A DNA stretch of 18,830 nt from Lysobacterales bacterium (GCA_022844165.1 JALHMH010000045.1:1-18830), one strand, 5' to 3'. Positions 1 through 8,346 are shown, counted from the first letter of the stretch. Notes: generated by a model not told the origin, from the sequence alone. Numbers and translations are program-made.

Positions 1-327
1 TATCGAAAGTGGCTTCAGTTTTGGCCGCGGATTGAACGACTCGACAGGATCGGTCGCAACCGATTCGGAACTCCGCGAGCCGCCCACCGGATTGGCGACA
101 AAATGCGCGACGCTGAGCTTGTCTGCGCGGACTTCGAGAATCTCCTGATGTTCGCGACCGTCCTCCAGCACGCCATTCACCTGATAAACGCCGGGGTCGA
201 GCTCGATCGACTGATTGCTACCGACCGTGGCCACCCAGCGCATCCGCGCATCGCGCACATCGAACTGCCACTGGTTGCCGAGGAGTTGCGACGGAAGTTC
301 CACATCAACACGCAGTTGTCCTTTCAT
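1..327 (-). CDS. Hypothetical protein, 5' part only (runs off window); N-terminal beta-rich (PEGA/Ig-like?) domain
   Basis: Not in ORF track because it has no stop in the window. ATG at 327-325 overlaps the caspase TGA (ATGA), AAGGT RBS-like motif about 6 nt upstream, open for 109 codons to the edge: MKGQLRVDVELPSQLLGNQWQFDVRDARMRWVATVGSNQSIELDPGVYQVNGVLEDGREHQEILEVRADKLSVAHFVANPVGGSRSSESVATDPVESFNPRPKLKPLSI. Confidence 0.8.
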   Translation of the reverse strand, partial: MKGQLRVDVELPSQLLGNQWQFDVRDARMRWVATVGSNQSIELDPGVYQVNGVLEDGREHQEILEVRADKLSVAHFVANPVGGSRSSESVATDPVESFNPRPKLKPLSI

Positions 328-1478
328 GGTTGCACCTTCGCGGCGATTCGCGTTGCCGGTGGGTCGACTGGAACATATTTGTTGAATGAGCGGTAAGGGC
401 TCGCGGTGGTGATCCTGATCGCACACACGCCGGCTTCGACCTCAGCCCTGGCTGGCCACTCGGAGGAGGTTGCGACGATCTGCATGTTCGCGTCCTCGAC
501 GCTCAACGTCGAGGACGGCGCTGCTTCGATGGGGTCGATTGAAACCGTCAGGGTCACGCTGGGCGGCCTGTCGTACACATGAAACACGGCCGGGCGCGGC
601 ATTCCGGCGGGTTCCACCCATTGTTCGACACCGGCTGAGGTAGCCAATTCGCTAACGCGGTTCGGCAACACCGTCAGCAGCTTTGCCACCGGCACGTGCC
701 AGGCGTCGACATGGCGGCTATCCGGCCCCTCGGCCGCCGCGCCCGTCGCCATGGAATCGAGCAGCGCATCGGCAAAGAACGTGCGTCCGCCGGGACGTCC
801 ATAGGCGCTGGTGCCGGTGATTGCGCTTAGCAGCAGCAGCGAAGAATCGCAGTGACCTGTGTTGACGATGTCGAGCGTGAGTGCGCCGCTCAGCAGGTTG
901 TCGAACTGTCGCGCGATCTCTGGTGGTTGCCGGCATGCATCGACAAACCAGAATTGATGCTTTGGCGCATCCGCGTTGTTGAACGCCCGGTGCACGCCGA
1001 CCAGATCGATGCTGCCATGCATACGCCGCGCAACCTTGGCGGTGCCGAAGTCTTCGAGCAGGAGAACGGCGCCGGCCATATTCAATTGCACGCCATGGCC
1101 GGCGACATACACCACCGCGTGGTTGTCGCGATGCCGATGGCAGATCGCCCAAAATTGCTCCAGTCCGTTCTCGACGTTGGCCCGGGTGGCTGGGAGATTG
1201 TCCAGAGCGCGGTAACGATCCGCGATCTGCTCGTCGGGCCCGGGCGACAGGAACAGGCGCAGGCTGCGCAAAGGCGGCAGTCCGATGGTCTTGCGGGTCT
1301 CCAGCCATTGCGCGACGTCGCTCGCCGATCGGGCCGCCGATCGCAATTGTTTCATGCCCGTCGATTCGCCCACTTCGGTCGGCTCGCTGCCGTCGGCAAA
1401 GTGCCGATACGCACTCACACCGATCACCAGCACATGCGTGCCGGGTGCGCTGTCATCATCGTCAATCACGATCGCCAT
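324..1478 (-). CDS. Caspase-like peptidase (C14 family, metacaspase-type) with C-terminal ~77-aa beta-rich domain, ~384 aa
   Basis: Motifs HVLVIGVSAY, ATRANV, VVYVAGHG (catalytic His), FWFVDACR (catalytic Cys), SAITGTSAY, GRTFFADALL. True start probably ATG 1478 (GGAG 8 nt upstream) or ATG 1484 (TGATG overlap with upstream stop); the extension to 2105 in the ORF track is a shadow of the upstream gene. Confidence 0.9.
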   Translation of the reverse strand: MAIVIDDDDSAPGTHVLVIGVSAYRHFADGSEPTEVGESTGMKQLRSAARSASDVAQWLETRKTIGLPPLRSLRLFLSPGPDEQIADRYRALDNLPATRANVENGLEQFWAICHRHRDNHAVVYVAGHGVQLNMAGAVLLLEDFGTAKVARRMHGSIDLVGVHRAFNNADAPKHQFWFVDACRQPPEIARQFDNLLSGALTLDIVNTGHCDSSLLLLSAITGTSAYGRPGGRTFFADALLDSMATGAAAEGPDSRHVDAWHVPVAKLLTVLPNRVSELATSAGVEQWVEPAGMPRPAVFHVYDRPPSVTLTVSIDPIEAAPSSTLSVEDANMQIVATSSEWPARAEVEAGVCAIRITTASPYRSFNKYVPVDPPATRIAAKVQP

Positions 1479-1483
1479 GGGCA

Positions 1484-2620
1484 TCACTCCACAAACATCG
1501 GGTCGTGCAGTTCTGCGAGCGGGCGATAGCCGCCGCGCATGCGGGCTTGCACGCTTTCGTGTACCAGCGGACGGACATCGGAATGCGGTCGGCGTGGGTT
1601 CCCACGATTGACGTGCCATTCGCGGCGCCAGATTTCTTCCGCTTCGCCGTCGTCGCCGCTGCGCAGTTCGCGGCGCATTCGCGGAATGGGCAAATGCTCG
1701 ATCACCCGCCACCAGGGTCTCAAGCGCAACTCGTCGTGGAGTGGGGCGGTTGCGTGCGCCTCCGCCAGCGTCTTGAGGAGTGTGGAATCGTCGCTGACCT
1801 GAAGGTCGCCAGTTTGGCTGGCGCTGACCTCCGGCTTGAAAGTGAGTCCGGCGGCCTGCGCTTCGCGTTGCATCCAGGCGAGGGTGATCAACGACAATCC
1901 AGCCTCGGCATCGCGATAGCCGCCGCCGATATCGGAGTGATTGCCGGCGAACCAGACCTGGCGCACATCGGTGGTTGTATTGGGTTCCTTGTGTGTCCAG
2001 CGATTCTGGACGAACATCACCCGCCGTTCGTCCAGCGCCAGTGCCTGGCGCACGCAACGCACGCGCGGATTGTCGAAAGTGTAGGAAAACCTTTGTGGCA
2101 TCCATGGCAGGCCGACGGCGCTCACCGAATCGAACAGCCCGATGAAACGGATGTCCTTGATGAAGCGACCATAGTGCCGCCGAAAGCGCGCGCCGGCGTC
2201 GTCGCCACGCTGCCAGGGCGCGAGATAAGCCTTCCAGGCGAATGGCACCATTTCGTCAAAACCGCGATGCAATAAGCCAACCCGGGTGAGCATGCCGGCC
2301 AGCACGCGCGCGGCAAAAGCGCCTCGCGAGAAACCAAAAAGGTACAGTTCATCGCCGTCCTGCCAGTTCGACATCAGATAGCGATAGGCGGCGCAAACAT
2401 GCCGCTCAATAAAGATCGCCGACATCGAGTCGATCGTCATCAGCGCGCGTTTGGCAAACGTGCTCAGCACCGACCCTGGCTCCAGTGTGCCTACGCCGGG
2501 TTGGTAATACGTGAGCTGTTCGTGATCGCGCTTGAGCATCCGGAACAGACGCTGGATGTTGGTATAGCCGCCGTCCGGATAGTTATTCGTTCCATCGAGA
2601 CATAAGACGTGCCGGGTCAT
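1484..2620 (-). CDS. DUF2235 / Tle1-like alpha/beta hydrolase (putative phospholipase), ~378 aa
   Basis: Motifs VLCLDGTNN, TNIxRL, YYQPGVGT, LYLFGFSRGAFAAR (GxSxG nucleophile), FIGLFDSV, QALALDERR, QVWFAGNHSDIGGGY (HxDxGGG). Start ATG 2620 with GAGGAG 6 nt upstream. Confidence 0.92.
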   Translation of the reverse strand: MTRHVLCLDGTNNYPDGGYTNIQRLFRMLKRDHEQLTYYQPGVGTLEPGSVLSTFAKRALMTIDSMSAIFIERHVCAAYRYLMSNWQDGDELYLFGFSRGAFAARVLAGMLTRVGLLHRGFDEMVPFAWKAYLAPWQRGDDAGARFRRHYGRFIKDIRFIGLFDSVSAVGLPWMPQRFSYTFDNPRVRCVRQALALDERRVMFVQNRWTHKEPNTTTDVRQVWFAGNHSDIGGGYRDAEAGLSLITLAWMQREAQAAGLTFKPEVSASQTGDLQVSDDSTLLKTLAEAHATAPLHDELRLRPWWRVIEHLPIPRMRRELRSGDDGEAEEIWRREWHVNRGNPRRPHSDVRPLVHESVQARMRGGYRPLAELHDPMFVE

Positions 2621-2876
2621 ACCAAACTCCTCGCAGCGGATAGGATGGTCTAGCGGATGCAGTTTAACCAATTGTTGCGAGACGCAGGCGAGGGCGCTGG
2701 AGCAGTTCGAATAACCGAAGCGAGCGGCCTGGAGGCAAGGCGGATCCCACTTCCACAGGAGCACACCATGAAAATCCGCAACAACGTTTTGCCTGGCACA
2801 GCCGCCCCGGGGACTTGCAGCCTGACGGCGGATACCTGATCTTGGTGGGATATGCTGTACTCAACGGAGACCGCCG

Positions 2877-3668
2877 ATGATCATCGAGCGCATCTGGGTG
2901 GGCAATACGCTTCGGAATTTCAACTATCTGCTGGCCTGCCCGGATAGCGGTGAAGCGCTTGCCATTGATCCGCTGGATCACCGGCAGGTTCTCGCCGTAG
3001 CGCGGGATCGTGGTTGGCACATCACCCAGATCCTCAATACTCACGAACACCACGATCATATCGGCGGCAATGCTGCTGTGGCCGCAGCAACGGGTGCCAG
3101 GGTCATAGCGCATGAGCTGGCCAGCAGCCGGATTCCGGACGTCGATCGCGGCGTTGGCGCTGGCGATGTCATCCAGGTGGGCAGGACGGTCGAACTGGAA
3201 TGTCTGGACACGCCCGGACATACGTTGAGCCATATCTGCCTGCTGGCCCATACCGGGCAACCGGCATTGTTTTCCGGCGATACCCTGTTCAATGCCGGTG
3301 CCGGCAATGTCCGAAACGGCGGCAATGTCCACGCGCTGTACCGCACTTTCGTCGATCAGTTGATGCGACTGCCGGCCAACACTCGGGTGTTTCCCGGACA
3401 CGATTACATCGAAAACAACTTGGCCTTTACGCTCTCACGCGAACCCGACAATCGCGATGCTGCAGCGCTGCTGGAGCGCGTCCGCGGCCACGATCCGGCT
3501 GGGGCACCGGTGGCGACACTGGCCCAGGAGATGCGGCACAACAGCTTCTTCCGTCTGGACCAAGCCAGGATCATCGCCGGATTGAGGCTGAATTTCCCGG
3601 ATCTGCCTGAGCAGCCGGATGCCGAAACCGTGTTCATCAAGCTGCGCGAGCTGCGCGATCTCTGGTGA
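2877..3668 (+). CDS. gloB: Hydroxyacylglutathione hydrolase (glyoxalase II, metallo-beta-lactamase fold)
   Basis: THEHHDHIGG, TPGHT, FSGDTLF, PGHDY, ATLAQEMRHNSF, C-terminal FxxLRxxRD; GGAG RBS upstream. Confidence 0.9.
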   Translation: MIIERIWVGNTLRNFNYLLACPDSGEALAIDPLDHRQVLAVARDRGWHITQILNTHEHHDHIGGNAAVAAATGARVIAHELASSRIPDVDRGVGAGDVIQVGRTVELECLDTPGHTLSHICLLAHTGQPALFSGDTLFNAGAGNVRNGGNVHALYRTFVDQLMRLPANTRVFPGHDYIENNLAFTLSREPDNRDAAALLERVRGHDPAGAPVATLAQEMRHNSFFRLDQARIIAGLRLNFPDLPEQPDAETVFIKLRELRDLW

Positions 3669-3844
3669 GAATCCCATTCGCCTGTCGCGTACCTCAGCCG
3701 TGCGCAGACGACTCGCGTCCGCGATACGGACGAGACCGCACCCGGATCTGCGCCAGAATGGCCACCTTGAAGCCACTTGGCAATTTTCCGCGCACCACAC
3801 TCCAAAGCAAGCTCGCAAGTGCTCATGCTTCGTTGCGCGCTACA

Positions 3845-4315
3845 TTAGCGCCGTTTGTCCGGCGGTGGCGTTGGCGGCGGCGCCTTGGGCAAACCGCCCT
3901 GGATCTGCCGCCATAGTTCCATGTTGCGCTCGGTTAAGTCGGTCATCATCGCCCACGGCGACTGTCCGAGCAGCGTGTTCAGCTGGCTGCGAAACTGCTG
4001 TTGCTGATCCAAAAACACTTGCATGCTGCGTTCGAGATAGCTGCCCATGAATCCCTGCAGCGAATCGCCGTAAAAGCGTATTAATTGCGACAGCAGTTGG
4101 GTGGTCAACAGCGGCTGCCCCTGCTCTTCACGCTCGGCGATGATTTGCAGCAACACCGAGCGCGTCAGGTCCTGGCCCGACTTGGCGTCATGGACCTCGA
4201 AGCTCTCGCCGTCTTGCACCAGTTGGCGGATGTCCTCGAGGGTCACGTATGAGGAAATTTCGGTGTCGTACAGACGCCGATTCGGATACTTTTTGATGAC
4301 GCGCAAGCCGGCCAC
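3845..4315 (-). CDS. phaR: Polyhydroxyalkanoate synthesis repressor PhaR
   Basis: IKKYPNRRLYDTEISSYVTLE and DLTRSVLLQII, LxQLIRFYG signature; start GTG 4315 (or GTG 4321 overlapping the phaB stop). Confidence 0.93.
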   Translation of the reverse strand: MAGLRVIKKYPNRRLYDTEISSYVTLEDIRQLVQDGESFEVHDAKSGQDLTRSVLLQIIAEREEQGQPLLTTQLLSQLIRFYGDSLQGFMGSYLERSMQVFLDQQQQFRSQLNTLLGQSPWAMMTDLTERNMELWRQIQGGLPKAPPPTPPPDKRR

Positions 4316-4317
4316 GT

Positions 4318-5058
4318 TCACCAGCCCATGTAGTGGCCGCCGTTGATCGACAGATTGGCACCTGTGATCCACGCAGCCTCTTCATTGACGAAAAAGTTCA
4401 CCGCATACGCGATTTCGTCCGGCGAGCCCAGACGTCCGGTCGGGATTTGCGCAACGATCTTTGCGCGCACATCTTCGGGCACCGCCATGACCATATCGGT
4501 GCCGACGTAACCGGGCGATACCGTGTTGACCGTAATGCCGAATTTGGCGTTCTCTTGCGCCAGCGAAATCGTGAACCCGTGCATGCCGGCTTTCGACGCG
4601 GCGTAATTCGCCTGGCCGTATTGCCCTTTCTGACCATTGATCGATGAGATCTGCACGATGCGACCCCACATGCGTGCCCGCATCCCCTCGATCACGTTGC
4701 GCGTCACGTTGTAGCACGACGTCAGATTGGTCGCGATCACGTCCGACCACTGTTGCTCGCTCATGCGATGAAAGGTGCCGTCGCGGGTGATGCCTGCATT
4801 GTTGATCAAGATATCGATGCCGCCGAGTTGCGCTTCGATGGCCTGGACCATGGCCTTGCTCGACGCAAAGTCGGCCACATCTCCCGGCACAATCAAACAA
4901 TCCACGCCATCTTTCTTCAGCTCTTCCTGCCAGGCGCGGGCCTTCTCTTCGCTGCGGTAGTTGGTGGCTACGCGGTGTCCGGCGCGCGCGAGGCGTTTGA
5001 TCATGGCCGTACCGATGCCGCCGGTTCCGCCGGTAACGAGTGCAACGCGTGAAGTCAT
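4318..5058 (-). CDS. phaB: Acetoacetyl-CoA reductase (SDR family)
   Basis: TGGTGGIG, NNAGITRD, ISSINGQKGQYGQANYAASK, ends SINGGHYM; GGAGG RBS; adjacent to phaR. Confidence 0.95.
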   Translation of the reverse strand: MTSRVALVTGGTGGIGTAMIKRLARAGHRVATNYRSEEKARAWQEELKKDGVDCLIVPGDVADFASSKAMVQAIEAQLGGIDILINNAGITRDGTFHRMSEQQWSDVIATNLTSCYNVTRNVIEGMRARMWGRIVQISSINGQKGQYGQANYAASKAGMHGFTISLAQENAKFGITVNTVSPGYVGTDMVMAVPEDVRAKIVAQIPTGRLGSPDEIAYAVNFFVNEEAAWITGANLSINGGHYMGW

Positions 5059-5127
5059 GACTTGATTACTCCTCCCAAAGGTGCTGGGGATTCTACACAG
5101 CGCGTCGACATTTTCCGCAGCGCACCA

Positions 5128-5544
5128 TCATGGGATCGTTTGCAGCAACAGCGAGCCGCTGAGACGGTCATGCGCACATTGTTTGTCGCGGTCGATCAGC
5201 GCCCACATCAAGCCAACGACGGATGCCATTGACAGCAGTGCCAGGAACGCGCGCAGGGTTGCGCGTGCGACGCTCAGGCGCGACCCATCCAGCGCCCGAA
5301 CCTCCAGCCGCCAGGCGCGCGCGCCGAGCGTCTGTGCGCCGCGCCACCAGGACAGAGCGAAATACGCCCACACGATGAGGATCAGATACGCCTGAAACCA
5401 AAGCGCCCCAGCGGGCACCGCCTTGCCGCCGGTCACTGGCAACACGGCGAAGCCCGCGATCATCAGCACACCCAGCAGAATCAGCGTGTCATAGACGATC
5501 GCACCCAGGCGCTTTAGAAAAGTCGCGGGTTCCAGGATGCGCAT
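5128..5544 (-). CDS. RDD family membrane protein
   Basis: KRLGAIVYD, hydrophobic helices, GAQTLGxxAWRLxV, R..., HDRLS motif. Confidence 0.9.
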   Translation of the reverse strand: MRILEPATFLKRLGAIVYDTLILLGVLMIAGFAVLPVTGGKAVPAGALWFQAYLILIVWAYFALSWWRGAQTLGARAWRLEVRALDGSRLSVARATLRAFLALLSMASVVGLMWALIDRDKQCAHDRLSGSLLLQTIP

Positions 5545-5643
5545 TCGTAGGACTCAGGAAAAGGGCCAAAGACAATAGCGCTGCGCTGTTCGTTTTTCGC
5601 CCCCTGCACCATTCACTCCAGCATCCGCCACTGGAGTCGACTC

Positions 5644-8073
5644 ATGTTGCGTCTTGCCGCCACCTTTGCGACATTGCTTGCGGTACCCGCGCATGCGCAG
5701 GTCGTCACATCCTGCGTCGATACCGTCGAGGAATTCGACGCTGCCTATCAGCAGGCGCAGGAGGAAGACGTTGAAATCCGCGTTGTTCGCGGAACTTACG
5801 ATATGAGCGACTCCTGCATCGGCGCGCTGGACAACGAATTCCGCTGCCAGGACATCGCCGAGGCCATCACGATCAAAGGTGGCTATGCGCCGGGTTGCGG
5901 CTCGCGCGTTTTGGACGCGACACAAACCGTTTTCCTCGGGCCGGGCATCGGCGTCGGTGGCCTCGGTTTTCGCATGGTCACGCGCGATCCCATCGTGCTC
6001 GATACGCTGACCATCACCGAAAGCGACCGCGGCTTCGAGTTCGAAGTCGAGAGCGACTTTACGCCAGACGCCCGCCTGACGTTTCGCCGCGTGTGGTTCC
6101 ATCGCATCGGGCCCGTCACGATGGAACGTGGTGCGGAATGGGTGATCAGCAATTCGATGTTCACTCGAACACGAGGCAGTTCCAGCGGCTGCGCTCTGGA
6201 GGCTGGCATCACGCAGAACAGCCTGCTGGAACTGGTCTCGCTAACCCACGTGACGATTGCCGACAGCGTCGGCAGTGGACTGTGCGTGGGTCAATCCTTC
6301 GACAGCGGTCCTGGCGACATCCGCATGCGACTCTACAACTCGATCTTCTGGAACAACGCCGGCACCGATGTGCGCCTGCGCCAGGTCGGCACCATCGATG
6401 CGATTATTGATCGCAATACCTACGGCAGCATTTCGGTGGTGCCGGACCTGCCGCAATCACCGAGCGGTACGTTGACCAGCGATCCACAGTTCGTCACGCC
6501 ACTGGTGAACTACGAACTGGGCGGTTCGTCCGCCTCGATCAACAGTGCAGGAATCTTGGCCAATACGGCGAGCGACGTCGACCTTAAGGGCGACGCGCGA
6601 CAGTTTTCGAGCCGCCCAGACCGCGGCGCGCTGGAGTCATCTGTCGGTAGTACCGCCAGCACGATCACCGTCACTTCGGCCGCCGATAGCGGCGTGGGCA
6701 CCTTGCGACAAGCACTGCTGGATGCCAATCAGACGCCAGATTTGACGCGCGTACACTTCAACATTCCGGGCGCCTGCCCGCGCGTGATCAACCTGCAGAC
6801 ATTGCTTCCAGAGCTCAGCACGAATGTGCGCATTGATGGCTACACGCAACCGGGCGCCAGCCGCAACACGTTGTTTGCTGCCAATAACGCCAATATCTGC
6901 ATTGTGTTGCACAATGCCAATTCAGCACTGGCCGGCATCATCGTACCAGCCAGCATTCCCGCCGACCGCAGCGTCGTGATCGACGGTGTGGGCTTCTCCA
7001 ACTTCGCGTTCGGTGGAGTCAATTTTAACGGCGGAGCAAATCATGCGCTGTTCGGTTCGCAGGTCGGCGGCAGCATCAATGGCTATGACGCCACCGCCAG
7101 CGGGTATGGTGTGCGCATTGCGGCGGCAACACGCGACATTCTGATCGGCGGCGATGCACCAGGTGAGCGCAACACCTTCGCCGATGCCGCGATTGTTGGC
7201 GTCCAGGCGCTCGGCCGAGAGGCAATCATCGAGAACAACTACATCGGCACCAATCGGCTGGGCTCGTCGGTGGTGCCAAACAACATTGGCGTCGAGTTGC
7301 GCAATGGCGGGGCCAACATCGTGCGCGGCAACCTGATTTCTGGCAACCTCGAAGCCGGCATCGAGATCGACAACGCTGAATTCAACACGATCACCGGCAA
7401 TGTGATCGGCACGAGCTCCGTATGCGCGTTCGGCGACTGCGACCTGGGCAACGGCACGCATGGCGTTTTCGTTTTTGGCAGCGGCGCCAGAAACAACGCG
7501 ATCAACAACAATCGCATCGTTTTCAACAACGGGGATGGCATTTACATCCGCGATGGCGCCAGCGGCAATGTGATCGTCGCCAATCGCATGAGCGACAACA
7601 CTGGGCTCGGTATCGATCTTGGCGCCAACGGCTTGAACCCTAACGACAGCGATTACGCCACTGCGCCAGCGATCGCCGGCAATCAGAACCAGAACACTCC
7701 ACAATTGACTCTTGCGTATGGCGGCGCCGGCACGGGCTTCGTCAGCGGTTCCCTGCAGACGCGAAACGGCACCTACCGTATCAACTTCTATGCCGATGAC
7801 GAATGTCCGTTACCGATTTTCAACGACACCGGCCAAGGCGAGTATCCGCTGAGTCAGACCATCGTCAACGTGGTCGGCGGCGACCCTGGCACCGGCGTCA
7901 ATGGCATCGGTACATTCACGGACGTTCCCATCAGTCGCAGCGGCGATACGGACTTCTTCGACGTCCCACGCCGCATCCTGGCCACCGCGACCCGTCTTGC
8001 AAGCAACGATACGTCTGAGCTGAGCCGCTGCGTGAACTACGATCGGCGACTATTTGCCAACGGGTTTGAGTAA
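5644..8073 (+). CDS. Large secreted right-handed parallel beta-helix protein with choice-of-anchor-Q-like segment, CSLREA-like motif and C-terminal LFANGFE motif
   Basis: Sec signal peptide ending AHA/Q; SxxINSAG...DLKGDAR...PDRGALE; ITVTSAADSGVGTLRQALLDAN; N/G/I-rich repeats (NIVRGNLISGN, NTITGNVIG, NVIVANRM); LGIDLGxNG..PND; ends DRRLFANGFE. GGAG RBS. Confidence 0.82.
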   Translation: MLRLAATFATLLAVPAHAQVVTSCVDTVEEFDAAYQQAQEEDVEIRVVRGTYDMSDSCIGALDNEFRCQDIAEAITIKGGYAPGCGSRVLDATQTVFLGPGIGVGGLGFRMVTRDPIVLDTLTITESDRGFEFEVESDFTPDARLTFRRVWFHRIGPVTMERGAEWVISNSMFTRTRGSSSGCALEAGITQNSLLELVSLTHVTIADSVGSGLCVGQSFDSGPGDIRMRLYNSIFWNNAGTDVRLRQVGTIDAIIDRNTYGSISVVPDLPQSPSGTLTSDPQFVTPLVNYELGGSSASINSAGILANTASDVDLKGDARQFSSRPDRGALESSVGSTASTITVTSAADSGVGTLRQALLDANQTPDLTRVHFNIPGACPRVINLQTLLPELSTNVRIDGYTQPGASRNTLFAANNANICIVLHNANSALAGIIVPASIPADRSVVIDGVGFSNFAFGGVNFNGGANHALFGSQVGGSINGYDATASGYGVRIAAATRDILIGGDAPGERNTFADAAIVGVQALGREAIIENNYIGTNRLGSSVVPNNIGVELRNGGANIVRGNLISGNLEAGIEIDNAEFNTITGNVIGTSSVCAFGDCDLGNGTHGVFVFGSGARNNAINNNRIVFNNGDGIYIRDGASGNVIVANRMSDNTGLGIDLGANGLNPNDSDYATAPAIAGNQNQNTPQLTLAYGGAGTGFVSGSLQTRNGTYRINFYADDECPLPIFNDTGQGEYPLSQTIVNVVGGDPGTGVNGIGTFTDVPISRSGDTDFFDVPRRILATATRLASNDTSELSRCVNYDRRLFANGFE

Positions 8074-8346
8074 GTGTTGCGTGCGACGTACCAGGCCGAA
8101 TTTGTTTAACTGCGAGGCTTTGCGCCGGCCCCACGAACAATATTGGCTTCGACGCCGCAGCTGACAGATCTCCATTGAGCTGCGCGTATCCTGCCCGGCG
8201 GCGCAGTCGACGGGGTTCGGTTCGGCACACGCCTCGTGGCGCCTAAACGCCGAACCTCAGTCCTCTTCTGACAAGCCGACATGCAGCTGGCAGGCTGTTC
8301 CCCGATTGCGATATCTTCAAGGCATCATCGTGGAAACCTCATTTGG

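Noticed and set aside
1485-2105. 209-aa N-terminal extension of the caspase ORF (possible fusion or prodomain)
   Set aside because: Arg-rich alternative-frame translation of the DUF2235 gene; a good RBS and start exist at 1478/1484.
1484-2620. Type VI secretion effector-immunity locus
   Set aside because: No vgrG, PAAR, adaptor or immunity lipoprotein gene adjacent within the window.
3700-3755. Nested hairpin GCGCAGA..CGTCCG-CGATA-CGGACG..TCTGCGC between convergent gloB and phaR as a terminator or ncRNA
   Set aside because: No U-tract on either strand and short stems are expected at this GC content.
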